Below, piece by piece: positions 1 to 9,288 of a stretch of 29,556 nucleotides of DNA; the stretch's first letter is position 1; each line of letters begins with the position of its first letter. The stretch covers positions 1 through 29,556 of the IMG/VR virus record IMGVR_UViG_3300024257_000045; one strand, given 5' to 3'. The notes beneath the pieces are model-generated. The model had not been told where the DNA came from, made no database searches, and worked only from the letters and a program-made list of their open reading frames with translations. Position numbers and translations under genes: made by a program. This DNA is from a virus. Taxonomy: Duplodnaviria; Caudoviricetes.

Positions 1-1070
1 CTAGCACCACTACCAACATCAGTAAAGTTCTTAAATATGTTGTTTGAAAATACATGATTGTCACTAGGCTCATTTGTAGCAGTCTGTGACTTTATACCAT
101 GTATACATCCATCTTCTATATTGCCATCTACCACTATTCCATTACATCCATGAGATATGTCACAAAACATACCAACAAGGAGATTTGTATAGTCAGTACC
201 AATATGGTTATATGATTGGTTGTTAGATACTGTACTGTTATGAACATGGGCAAAAGTAATACAATGACCACCAGCTTGTTCAAAGCTGTTGCCTTCTACT
301 AGGATATTTCTAATTTTTATTGTGTTCTCTGGGTTTACTGTATCAGACCTTGATGCTATTGCACTTCCATTGTTTCTAAAGAAATAATTATCTCTTATAA
401 CTATATCCCTAGTATCGTAGTCAGAAGCTAGACCCACTAAGGAAATCATGTGTGATATACCCCTTGCACCAGCTATTGTCATATCAAGTATACTGTCATT
501 AATGAATCTGAAACCACTAATCTCAACCTTTTGTACACCACTAAGTATAAATAGGTCGCCAAGTGCTGTATTGAAAGCAGCTGTACCAGTTGTATATATC
601 GAACAGCCACTACCTATCAATTCAGTGTGAGTAGGAACATTAATCCCAGTCCATGCTGTTGTTCCAGTTACATCTAAGTTTAAAGTTATTCCATCAAAAT
701 CTATTTGTTGCCCACCATTAGTTTCTATAAATGTCTTTAGTTCAGAGAAAGTTGATGTGCTTGTTATATCAAACCACTTCACATTTACAGCTCCACTATA
801 CTGCCTAACCCATCCAGAGAAGTTAGTACCTTGGTTATCACTAGCCACTAGAGTAGAATCATATACAAACAATCCTCCTCTATCTAAATCAGTAACTATA
901 CAAGCTTGTCCAGTAGTAGTTACTATAGCTTCCATAGCTGCCACTGTAGCCACTGTATAACTTGTATTAGCTAATTGTTCACTCGTGAGGCTTGTAGCCC
1001 CTGAGCCATCTGTATGAGTTATTGTGAACTCTGTACCTAGGTTGTTTTTTAGTTTTATATTGCTTGCCAT
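1..1070 (-). CDS. Tailspike / receptor-binding protein with right-handed beta-helix (pectate-lyase-like) body; 3' end runs off the window
   Basis: Not in ORF track. Translated by hand from ATG at 1070: MASNIKLKNNLGTEFTITHTDG...VTDLDRGGLFVYDS...GWVRQYSGAVNVKWFD, then beta-helix-like repeats (IVIRDNYF, ILVEGNSF, TVSNNQSY, VVDGNIED, VFSNNIFK). Frame is open to the window edge. Confidence 0.8.
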   Translation of the reverse strand, partial: MASNIKLKNNLGTEFTITHTDGSGATSLTSEQLANTSYTVATVAAMEAIVTTTGQACIVTDLDRGGLFVYDSTLVASDNQGTNFSGWVRQYSGAVNVKWFDITSTSTFSELKTFIETNGGQQIDFDGITLNLDVTGTTAWTGINVPTHTELIGSGCSIYTTGTAAFNTALGDLFILSGVQKVEISGFRFINDSILDMTIAGARGISHMISLVGLASDYDTRDIVIRDNYFFRNNGSAIASRSDTVNPENTIKIRNILVEGNSFEQAGGHCITFAHVHNSTVSNNQSYNHIGTDYTNLLVGMFCDISHGCNGIVVDGNIEDGCIHGIKSQTATNEPSDNHVFSNNIFKNFTDVGSGA

Positions 1071-1081
1071 TTAGTTTTCCT

Positions 1082-2386
1082 TTATGCTGTTGTATTATCT
1101 GTAACTAAACCATAGCTTGCCAATGCTGTAATAAGTGAAGCTAAAGCAGCATTACCACCTCTACTACCACTTACAGTAGGTTTAGCAATAGGATTAGTTG
1201 CATTAAAGCCCACCTTGCCCCATAGTTTCATGTCGTTAGTTGCAGTTGGTGTTGTCGCAATAAATTGAGAGTTATCTTGAGTTAATATAGCAAAGTCAGT
1301 AGATGTCCCTGCACCTGCTGATATTCTTAGCCCTGATGTAGTTGTACCAGCAATAGCCCATCCACCACCAATAGTAGTATTTATTTTCGGATTAACTATA
1401 CTACCATTAAGATTAGCAGTACCATTAACAATTATGCTGCCCTCAGTTCTAGTGTCACCCCAAAATTTAAAGTCGTCTGTACCAGTGGCTACTGATGCAA
1501 TATATGCTGTGCGACCATTATTTAATATTGAAAAGTCATAGTCAGAGCCTGTTCCTGCTTCAACCCTCATCCCATCAGTAACTGTTTTTTGTATAATCCA
1601 ATTACCTGCAACAGTACCGCTCCCTAAACCACCTTGATTTACTACAAAACCCTCAAACAATGACTTTGTTGCACCTTTTGTAACTACTGCCCAATCAGAA
1701 CTTGTCCCTGATGTTAGTTCTTCTATATATAGCCCATAGTTGTTTACAACTGCACCACTACCACTGACTGCAACATCATGGACACTTAATCCTCTTCTTA
1801 CACTTATTGTACCGCTGTCTATTAGTGGAACATCTACATAACCATAGGCAGTTCCAATCAACCCACTTGTAGAATACTTCATTCCATTTTGGAATGGTGC
1901 AAAATGTCCGTACCCACTTACTCCAGCAACAGTAGCCCTTGCATCAAAAGAGGCATAAGATATATTACCTCCTCTTGTTACATCTGAGCTATCACTAAAA
2001 CAATGCCCATTACCTGCTATTGTATCATCAACATCTCTGTTTACTGTTACTACTGAGTCTGATGAGTTTGTTGTAGTGTTTCCATCTCCAAAGAATGTGT
2101 AATTCTCTAATGACCCAAACCACTTAACATTTACACTTCCACTATATTGTCTTACCCACTTGCCAAATATAGTACCACCATTATCTGTAGCTGTAGAGTC
2201 GTATATGAAGTTACCACCTCTATCAATATCAGTTAGTATAGCTAAACTACCATCTACTGCTGTAGCTGCTGTAAGGTCTGCTACTGTTGAGTAGTAAGAG
2301 ACATCTAAGTTTGAGTTACTACCATCATTGTTTGTTATTGATAATGTTTTACCATTCTGATTCTTGAGCTTAATTTGACTAGCCAT
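1082..2386 (-). CDS. Tail fibre / receptor-binding protein
   Basis: N-terminal ~90 aa paralogous to the 1-1070 gene (TDIDRGGNFIYDS...KWVRQYSGSVNVKWFG). G/S/T-rich. C-terminal GSRGGNAALASLITALASYGLVTD motif is of the type seen on phage fibre proteins. Lies downstream of tape measure. Confidence 0.8.
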   Translation of the reverse strand: MASQIKLKNQNGKTLSITNNDGSNSNLDVSYYSTVADLTAATAVDGSLAILTDIDRGGNFIYDSTATDNGGTIFGKWVRQYSGSVNVKWFGSLENYTFFGDGNTTTNSSDSVVTVNRDVDDTIAGNGHCFSDSSDVTRGGNISYASFDARATVAGVSGYGHFAPFQNGMKYSTSGLIGTAYGYVDVPLIDSGTISVRRGLSVHDVAVSGSGAVVNNYGLYIEELTSGTSSDWAVVTKGATKSLFEGFVVNQGGLGSGTVAGNWIIQKTVTDGMRVEAGTGSDYDFSILNNGRTAYIASVATGTDDFKFWGDTRTEGSIIVNGTANLNGSIVNPKINTTIGGGWAIAGTTTSGLRISAGAGTSTDFAILTQDNSQFIATTPTATNDMKLWGKVGFNATNPIAKPTVSGSRGGNAALASLITALASYGLVTDNTTA

Positions 2387-2469
2387 TATGCTGCCTCCCT
2401 TTTGATGTCTCCAGTAGAAGAGACTTTATATCTTTCATTTATATTTTTTAGTTTAATATTACTTGCCAT
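2386..2469 (-). pseudogene. 27-aa mini-ORF, probable internally deleted tail fibre gene (MASNIKLKNINERYKVSSTGDIKREAA)
   Basis: First 9 aa identical to the 1-1070 protein. TAATG stop/start overlaps at both ends. Contains the AGGGAGG SD of the next gene. Confidence 0.65.
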
Positions 2470-2915
2470 TATAACACCTTGTAAGTAGCACCATCTTCTA
2501 TTGTAAGTGATGCTCCATTTAATAATTCAAAACTATCTATGCTAAAACCATTAGTTCCAGTAACAATAGTCATAGATTCATTAGCTACTGATGAATGTGC
2601 CATAAACTGAATACCTTTAGCTAGACCAGCTCCTACGAACTGTCCACCACCTATACCAGCACCACCATCAATAGCAGCAGCAACCGTTCCTATGGTATTG
2701 GCACCAAGTATGTCGTTAGATATTGCTGTTAAACCAGGTTCATTAGAAGCAACTACACCTATGTCTGCATTAATCTCACCTATTCTAAGGTTTAAGTCTG
2801 CCCCAAAGCTATTTAAGTAAGTTAGAATATCGCCAGTATTTGTATCAAATGTCAGCTGAGACTGTCCAATCAATGGTACATCACCAGTATAAATAGTTAA
2901 ATCTACAATAGCCAT
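2469..2915 (-). CDS. Putative tail-tip / fibre-attachment protein
   Basis: 148-aa ORF with AAGGA SD and its own phage-type promoter, located between a tail-tip gene and the fibre genes. Confidence 0.55.
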   Translation of the reverse strand: MAIVDLTIYTGDVPLIGQSQLTFDTNTGDILTYLNSFGADLNLRIGEINADIGVVASNEPGLTAISNDILGANTIGTVAAAIDGGAGIGGGQFVGAGLAKGIQFMAHSSVANESMTIVTGTNGFSIDSFELLNGASLTIEDGATYKVL

Positions 2916-2935
2916 ATCTTTCCTTTTTTGTTTGT

Positions 2936-2971
2936 ATTATACTTACAAATCCAATTTTTATAAAGGTGTTT
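2936..2971 (-). promoter_or_regulatory. Phage late-type promoter AAACACCTTT-N20-TATAAT
   Basis: Plus strand ATTATA 2936-2941 and AAAGGTGTTT 2962-2971; one of 8 copies. Confidence 0.8.
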
Positions 2972-2977
2972 ATAGAT

Positions 2978-4123
2978 TTATATTAGTGATTCTAAATCTA
3001 TAGTCATTTTAGAGATAGTCGGTGTAGCTATTAGAATGTTAAATTTGTTATATATGCCGAATAAAATTAGACTATCATATCCATCTGTTTCAAACATAAC
3101 CGGAATGCCACGGTATTTGACAAGTAAATCATATACTAAATCTGTAAGACCCGCAGGTATATCGACTGTTAGACTATTTGTAGCTTTATAATTACCTTGC
3201 TGTAAATAAGTCTCACCAGTTGAACCAATTTGCTTCTTAGAAAAGTCTATCATACCCAAACCAGCACCATATAAAGTAGCCCCAGTGTAGTTGGTTTTAC
3301 CAATTCCAACCAACCCAACTTTAGCAATACCACTAATAGGCTTTATTGTTATATCAATAGTCACACCTAGACTTATAGGAATAGGAGTATTTAACTTAGA
3401 TTTATATATAAAATCATTAAAGAAATAATTATAAAAAGTACCACCATTTTTGCTTATCAATGGTATGGTTTGATTATGTAATTCTATAGGCGTAGAGCCG
3501 GTGGTATTTACTGTTATAGTTATCTCACTTGCCACTAAGTTAATAAAATAAACCTCATCTACCCTCGCAGTAATAAATGACATAGTAATATCACCACCAT
3601 CTATAGCACTATCACTTACTGTCTGTGAACTTAAAGACTGGTCGAGACATTTGTATTTATTAACATAGCCTAAATCCTCCCATTTAAGAGGTGTTTCTAT
3701 CGGATTATATCTATGATATCTTAATTCACTAACCGTATCGCCTACACCTATTAGAGTGAAGTTAGAAGGTGTTGTTAAATCTTCTGTAGTAAAGTTTATA
3801 TCATCAGTTACTTTAGCTATGTAATAACTATTATTATCAGTTACATAAACAGTAGTGACCGCATTAACTACTGAAACTGAAGTATTATCGGAGACTTCAA
3901 CACCCGTATTAGCAATAGTTGTATAGTGAGGACTCAAAGGGTCTGTATTGTCATAGATATAAGTAACTAACGGGTATATAATACCTAATGCTTTATATAA
4001 CTTATTGTTTAATTGTCTTATAGTATCTATTGCATAGTCGCTATCTATATTCCATATGGGAGTAGTATCATCTGCTAGGTTAGTAGCTAAGTAGTCTATG
4101 TCTTTAAGTGGTGTTAGATTTAT
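2978..4123 (-). CDS. Tail-tip (distal tail / minor tail) protein, ~381 aa, probable ATA start
   Basis: ORF-track frame (TTG at 3937) stays open 62 codons further to ATA at 4123, 6 nt after AAGGA; in-frame TAG at 4142-4144. W..LG..NKYKCLD...SQT motif resembles post-tape-measure proteins of siphophages. Confidence 0.7.
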   Translation of the reverse strand: MNLTPLKDIDYLATNLADDTTPIWNIDSDYAIDTIRQLNNKLYKALGIIYPLVTYIYDNTDPLSPHYTTIANTGVEVSDNTSVSVVNAVTTVYVTDNNSYYIAKVTDDINFTTEDLTTPSNFTLIGVGDTVSELRYHRYNPIETPLKWEDLGYVNKYKCLDQSLSSQTVSDSAIDGGDITMSFITARVDEVYFINLVASEITITVNTTGSTPIELHNQTIPLISKNGGTFYNYFFNDFIYKSKLNTPIPISLGVTIDITIKPISGIAKVGLVGIGKTNYTGATLYGAGLGMIDFSKKQIGSTGETYLQQGNYKATNSLTVDIPAGLTDLVYDLLVKYRGIPVMFETDGYDSLILFGIYNKFNILIATPTISKMTIDLESLI

Positions 4124-4159
4124 GATAAATCCTTTTTTTCTCTATAATATTTATTATAA

Positions 4160-4195
4160 ATACTACAATATAAAAATAAATATTCAAAGGTGTTT
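4160..4195 (-). promoter_or_regulatory. Phage late-type promoter AAACACCTTT-N20-TAGTAT
   Basis: AAAGGTGTTT at 4186-4195, ATACTA at 4160-4165. Confidence 0.75.
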
Positions 4196-4204
4196 ATGAT
4201 ATAA

Positions 4205-7200
4205 TTATAATGCTTTAAGCCCATCATTTTGTATTCTAAGTAAGGTGTCATAGACATTATTGTTTGTCTTTAGAACTTCAATCATTATAGCTTCTAGAGT
4301 AGCAAGTCTATCATCATTACTTGTAGGGTTTGCAACTGTCACAGTTGGTGTTAGAGTAGAGGTCGTAGTAGCATGGTCTAAATCACTTGCGACTATTCTA
4401 ACCATAAGCACTTCATCTTTAAAATCTATCATAGCCTTATTCGCTTCTAAATTGCTGATAAGGTTCTTGTTTATAGAAGATGTATCGCCAAAAGAAGCAT
4501 TTGAGACACTCGCACTTAATGAAGTTATTTCTCCTAGCAACTCACGAGCCTTATCACTATCTCCAGAAGCTAAAGAACTCTCAAAAGCACTCTGTGTCAG
4601 GTTTATCCTTTTTATCTCATCATTTGTTAGCTCATCTGTTGTCATGGTTGAATTTTTAATGCTTCTAATAGTAGAGTCTATACTTTCCGCCATTGATTGC
4701 ATATTATCAGAAAAGCTATCAATAGTAGATGTAAGCATTTCTTTATTAGCCATAAGTGCATCAAGTTCAATGTCGCTAAGCCCTTCTGCATCAGTCGATA
4801 GCATATTAAATATAGAAGATAATTCATCTAGAGTTGTAGCTAGTGTAAATCCAGCTTCACTAGCCAAATCATTAGCCAATTCATCATCTGTCTTAAAGCT
4901 ATCTGTCCAAGTTTTTATATTATCAGTTGAAGTTTCAAGTGCATCATTGATAAGTTCTAGTGCATCGGCATAATCTTGTCCAACTTGCCAAATTCCACCA
5001 ACTTCCATCAATGAAGCTAGTCTTTCAATTCCAGCTGTATCTAAATTACCTTGCTTTTTAAGTAGTGCTAACTCATTTATTTCATTTAGCACATCCGTAT
5101 AGGCTTCGGTATCAAAAGAGCCTAAATCCCCAACACTTGTATTTATGTTCTTCAAGCCTTCTAATGTCATAAGTTCAAAATCTAGTGAATCGGCTAGAGT
5201 TTCTAACAACAAATCTGTTCTGTTTGATTGTAAATCAGCTAGTATACCCCTGTTGTTCACCTCATTAAACCAAGCTTCCACTCCGGCTTCCCAACGATAA
5301 GTCCCCTCTTCTTTGCTCTTAGCCACATTTGCATATAGTCTAGCTTGTTCATCATTAATAGCAGTTATTGATTCCGTATAAGCTTCAAGAGTCTCACTAA
5401 TACTAGAACCAACATTTCCAAAGGCTTCTAATTTTTCAGCCGCACTATCAAGCCCTTCTATAAAAGCATCAAAGTTTCCGCCATAATTAGCCATTTCTAA
5501 ATTAGTACCACTTTGGAAGTCTGCAGAGTCTATTTGAGATGAATAGTCTGGTGCTGATTTACTTGAACTTCCACCGCCACCGCCACCGAATCCAGCAACA
5601 CTAACTCCAATTGAAGCCAACATTGCTCCAACTGTTAAAAATGCTGGTATATTTGAAGGGGGAGGTAAAGTCAATGCAGCGGCTAAAGCTGTTTGTCCAT
5701 AGATCCCCTGCTTCGTTGTTTCAGAAGTTGCAACCATCATCAAGTCAGCAACTCGTGCAACTTGGTCGGCTACTCTAATTGCGGTAGTAACATCTTGCAT
5801 TTGTTTAGCACCTGAACTGCCGGCTTCGTATGCACCAACTAATGACTGAGTCAAGTCTGCGGCTGCACTCATTCCGGTCTGAATCCCAGTATAGTTGTCT
5901 TTCGCTACTTTTTTGTTGTCTTTTCCAGCATCATTAATTAAATCACCTTGAACCTTATAAAACTTCTCAATTTTATCAGTACTCCAAGTGTCGTCTATCG
6001 CTTCTTTTAGTCTCATAAAGTTTTCAATAGCTAAGTCTTGATTCGACTTCATTGAGTCTGTTGCTTCTTGCTGGAGAGCTTTCTTCTGTTCCTCTAGCTT
6101 ATTTGCTTCTTCTAGCAAATAAGCATTATGAGCGACAACGTGAGAATCGTAGTTTGTGTAGTCAGGGATAGAAACAGGCTTGTCTTTGTCTTTTTTACCA
6201 ACAAGTCCACCACCGGAAGTATCAGCAAGAGCCTTCTTCTTTTCTTCCATTAATTTTATTTCAGCTTTTATTGATGCTATATTCTCTTCATGCTTTTTTT
6301 TATCTTCATTCGTCCAGAATTTTTTACCTAAACTTGTCCATGATGCACCTTCACTTTCATAAGCTTCTGACAACTCTCTGCTTAATGTAGCAAGTCTAAT
6401 ATTGATGTCACCTATCTTAGTTATGTCTTTTGTATCTCTAAACTGTAAAAGTAGAGCTTTCCACTGACCGCCAAGATATTCTACTTCATCAGTAAAGTCT
6501 TTTATAAATCCTTTTGATGCTCCGAAAATATCCTCAGTTAATGCACCAGCCAACTTGTCCCATTGATTAGTTAAATTAGATACAGATACAGCCATAGTGT
6601 CTACAGCTTGGAATTCTCCAAATCGTTTAGTTAATAGTGCTGTAACGTTTGAACTTTCTTTTAGAACTTTATTTGTAATTCCCATAGAGCTTAAAAATCT
6701 ACCTAAGTCACTATTCGCTAAAACTGTACCAGTTGCTAATCCATCAACACCAGCTAATAATGAGTTAAATTCTATACCAGCCGCACCACTTGCAATGGAT
6801 AAACTCCTAGTAAGTTCAACCATTTCTTTAGTTGTGGCTCCAACTGCTTTCATAGATGGGTACATAGATTTATAAATTTTAGATGTTTGACCTAGTGTAT
6901 GAGGGGTTTGTGCATTTATTGCTTCAAGTGCTGAAAATGTTTTAAGTGATTCCTTTCCAGCTAGATTATATTTCTCTTGTAGTGTTAAGTGCTTGCCCAT
7001 AGAGTCTACATTAGTAGAAGTAGCTACTGTCAATGCTGTTAGCCCAGCCACTTGCTCCTCTATTAGTTTATTGTATGCAAATCCTCTTTTTGCAACTAAA
7101 TCATAAGCTGTACTTAATGTCACAAAACCAGCTGCAGCATAAGCTAATTCTTTTGACATATTCCTCATGCCAACCGATGCTACATTAGTTGATACTTTTA

Positions 7201-7279
7201 ATTTGTTTAATTGACCTTGTAACTTCTTTATCTCCGGTGTAGCCTTGTCATCAACTCTGAATTTTAATTGTAAAGCCAT
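4205..7279 (-). CDS. Tail tape measure protein
   Basis: 1024 aa, Ala/Leu/Ser-rich helical composition, N-terminus MALQLKFRVDDKATPEIKKL, directly after the tail chaperones. Confidence 0.9.
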   Translation of the reverse strand: MALQLKFRVDDKATPEIKKLQGQLNKLKVSTNVASVGMRNMSKELAYAAAGFVTLSTAYDLVAKRGFAYNKLIEEQVAGLTALTVATSTNVDSMGKHLTLQEKYNLAGKESLKTFSALEAINAQTPHTLGQTSKIYKSMYPSMKAVGATTKEMVELTRSLSIASGAAGIEFNSLLAGVDGLATGTVLANSDLGRFLSSMGITNKVLKESSNVTALLTKRFGEFQAVDTMAVSVSNLTNQWDKLAGALTEDIFGASKGFIKDFTDEVEYLGGQWKALLLQFRDTKDITKIGDINIRLATLSRELSEAYESEGASWTSLGKKFWTNEDKKKHEENIASIKAEIKLMEEKKKALADTSGGGLVGKKDKDKPVSIPDYTNYDSHVVAHNAYLLEEANKLEEQKKALQQEATDSMKSNQDLAIENFMRLKEAIDDTWSTDKIEKFYKVQGDLINDAGKDNKKVAKDNYTGIQTGMSAAADLTQSLVGAYEAGSSGAKQMQDVTTAIRVADQVARVADLMMVATSETTKQGIYGQTALAAALTLPPPSNIPAFLTVGAMLASIGVSVAGFGGGGGGSSSKSAPDYSSQIDSADFQSGTNLEMANYGGNFDAFIEGLDSAAEKLEAFGNVGSSISETLEAYTESITAINDEQARLYANVAKSKEEGTYRWEAGVEAWFNEVNNRGILADLQSNRTDLLLETLADSLDFELMTLEGLKNINTSVGDLGSFDTEAYTDVLNEINELALLKKQGNLDTAGIERLASLMEVGGIWQVGQDYADALELINDALETSTDNIKTWTDSFKTDDELANDLASEAGFTLATTLDELSSIFNMLSTDAEGLSDIELDALMANKEMLTSTIDSFSDNMQSMAESIDSTIRSIKNSTMTTDELTNDEIKRINLTQSAFESSLASGDSDKARELLGEITSLSASVSNASFGDTSSINKNLISNLEANKAMIDFKDEVLMVRIVASDLDHATTTSTLTPTVTVANPTSNDDRLATLEAIMIEVLKTNNNVYDTLLRIQNDGLKAL

Positions 7280-7310
7280 AATACACCCTAATAGTTTATT
7301 TTATTAAGAT

Positions 7311-7346
7311 ATATTACACTAAAAAAGTTATTTTATATAGGTGTTT
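7311..7346 (-). promoter_or_regulatory. Phage late-type promoter AAACACCTAT-N20-TAATAT
   Basis: ATAGGTGTTT at 7337-7346, ATATTA at 7311-7316, upstream of tape measure. Confidence 0.75.
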
Positions 7347-7478
7347 ATGTTTTTAGAGTATGTGATGATTTCTTCGTAGGAATTGTAGATAAAGTTATTT
7401 TTAAGTGATGAAAACATATAATTAGAACAGTCCGACATGGACAGACTAATTCTTTTATTCTAGCCTTTTTAGTAAGTG

Positions 7479-7865
7479 CTATTTTTTAGCACTTGCCCTT
7501 TTCTCATTGATTAGCTTTTCCATACAATTAGTATAATACAGTAAATCTTCAAAGTCACTCATCCCTCTACTTTTTGCTACGTCCATAACAACACCGTACT
7601 GCAAAGCTCCTGACATTCCATCTCTAGCGTTGCTACATAGATTATATATTTCAACAATATTATGGTCGATAGGATTAATCTCTGGCATTAGGTATTTACA
7701 TTCAAAACCTTTGTCGGTTAAGTTGTAATAGTGTGAATTTCTTTTAGGGAGGGTTGTTAATCTACATGGTGTATCGGGATTAAATTCCCGACACGATTGA
7801 CACGAGCTAGAGTTTTTTATTGACCAAGTGGCAAAACTACTGAGCCTTGCTCTTGTGTCTCTACT
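7479..7865 (-). CDS. Tail assembly chaperone C-terminal extension (gpGT-like), reached by -1 frameshift
   Basis: The -1 frame is open without stops from the A8 run (7865-7872) into the 7479-7688 ORF (177 nt, in frame). Confidence 0.75.
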   Translation of the reverse strand, partial: SRDTRARLSSFATWSIKNSSSCQSCREFNPDTPCRLTTLPKRNSHYYNLTDKGFECKYLMPEINPIDHNIVEIYNLCSNARDGMSGALQYGVVMDVAKSRGMSDFEDLLYYTNCMEKLINEKRASAKK

Positions 7866-8230
7866 TTTTTTTCCTCAATAGCATTAAAGTTTTGAATGGC
7901 AGCCTTAATTTCTTCTACTAAAGCATCAGGCGAGTATTCCCAAATTAGGGACACTACATCATCTTCTAAACCTAGTGGTGTTCCATTTTCATCTTCAAAT
8001 CCATTAACATCAGATACAGAAGCTATAAATAATGCTTTTGAATATTCACCATTTGAAATAGTACCATCAGGAAGAACAGCTTTTGACATAGTATCAATTT
8101 TATTAGCTCTTGACATTCTGCTTACCTCTACTCGAAAAGGTTGTTCTGCTAGAGCAGTTCCTATAAATGCTTCATCAGCATTTGTGATTGTTTTCGTTTC
8201 GTTATTTAAACTTGCAAGATTAAATTTCAT
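7817..8230 (-). CDS. Tail assembly chaperone (gpG-like)
   Basis: 137-aa acidic ORF between tail tube and tape measure, with slippery GAG GAA AAA AAA G near its 3' end. Confidence 0.8.
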   Translation of the reverse strand: MKFNLASLNNETKTITNADEAFIGTALAEQPFRVEVSRMSRANKIDTMSKAVLPDGTISNGEYSKALFIASVSDVNGFEDENGTPLGLEDDVVSLIWEYSPDALVEEIKAAIQNFNAIEEKKVETQEQGSVVLPLGQ

Positions 8231-8284
8231 TGTTGTTTCTCTCTTTTGTAATTTTGCTCTGGGTTGGATGTTTCATAATTTGAA

Positions 8285-8318
8285 AGGGCATATTAGAAAC
8301 AACAAGTTTATATGCCCT
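8285..8318. terminator. Intergenic stem-loop after the tail tube gene (attenuator or mRNA stabiliser)
   Basis: AGGGCATAT 8285-8293 / ATATGCCCT 8310-8318 perfect inverted repeat with inner AAAC/GTTT; only a short U tract. Confidence 0.5.
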
Positions 8319-8331
8319 ACGTGCTAACTAC

Positions 8332-9261
8332 TTATACAGTAGCAGCATCATTTGTAAGAGTTATTACTAGAGCAGAGCTAGATGCTCCGGCTCTCCAAAA
8401 AGCTGTATAATTAAATGTTTGAGTTAATCCTTGTGGACTATCAACAGTGACCCCAGTAGGTTCTAATACTACTTCCTCCATATCGAAAGCGATACCACCA
8501 GAACCGTTCGTAAGTGTAATATTTAAAGTTTGGTCTACATTATCACGAGCAGCCGCCAATAGTGTATCATTTTCATATAAAGCAGTAAAACTCCCAGAAA
8601 CACCAACCATTCCGAGTGGAATTTCTCCACGAATACCGCCATCACCAATCACATACTGACCGCCATCAAGATTGTTAGTATATGAAAGCGACATATCTTT
8701 AACATTAACAGCACCAGTAACAACAGCTTGAAATTGCTCAAAGTTAAAGTTATTAGTTAAATCGGTTGGAGATAAAATCTCAGTTGCGGAACGAGTAACT
8801 TTTTGACCCATAGCATTTATATTAAGAAGTAACTCACCGTCACCACCGAAAGAAATATCAAAAGAGTTCATTTTAATACCATTAGCTAAGTGAAATTCAC
8901 CTAAGTCTTTGTGAGCAATCTCTGTAAAGATAGATGGAATACTGGTGTCATTAACCTTAAATGTATGAATATACGGACCAGCACCAGCAGTAGTAGGAGC
9001 ACCGAAGAATCCCTCCAGCCATTTAGGAGTAGATTTAGTATCAAGAGGTACAGAAAATGAACCATCAACCGCCTTAAATCCTAAAAAACTTCTATCCATG
9101 TTACGAGTACCACGAATAATTGAACTATCATTAAGAGCTTGAGTCTCTTTAATATCTAATGTAGGAGCAAAAGGGACTTCATAGCTAGTAGCACCAGTGA
9201 CCCCAAAACTTGTTTCTAATCCCATTCTAAACGATACCGACGAGCCCTGAGCTTGTGACAT
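8332..9261 (-). CDS. Major tail tube protein (Phage_tube_2-like)
   Basis: MSQAQGS...GLETSFG, VDGSF, YIHTF, YTNNLD, VSGSFTALYE motifs; 309 aa; no sheath gene nearby. Confidence 0.88.
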   Translation of the reverse strand: MSQAQGSSVSFRMGLETSFGVTGATSYEVPFAPTLDIKETQALNDSSIIRGTRNMDRSFLGFKAVDGSFSVPLDTKSTPKWLEGFFGAPTTAGAGPYIHTFKVNDTSIPSIFTEIAHKDLGEFHLANGIKMNSFDISFGGDGELLLNINAMGQKVTRSATEILSPTDLTNNFNFEQFQAVVTGAVNVKDMSLSYTNNLDGGQYVIGDGGIRGEIPLGMVGVSGSFTALYENDTLLAAARDNVDQTLNITLTNGSGGIAFDMEEVVLEPTGVTVDSPQGLTQTFNYTAFWRAGASSSALVITLTNDAATV

Positions 9262-9288
9262 AGTAATTCCTTAATTTTATTTATGAGT

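Noticed and set aside
4260-4973. Plus-strand ORFs antisense to structural genes (also 448-630, 757-960, 6180-6875, 7896-8659, 10710-10955, 18088-19060, 23379-24158, 25516-26097, 28921-29223)
   Set aside because: Shadow frames of well-supported minus-strand genes, S/L/I/F-biased, without convincing SD
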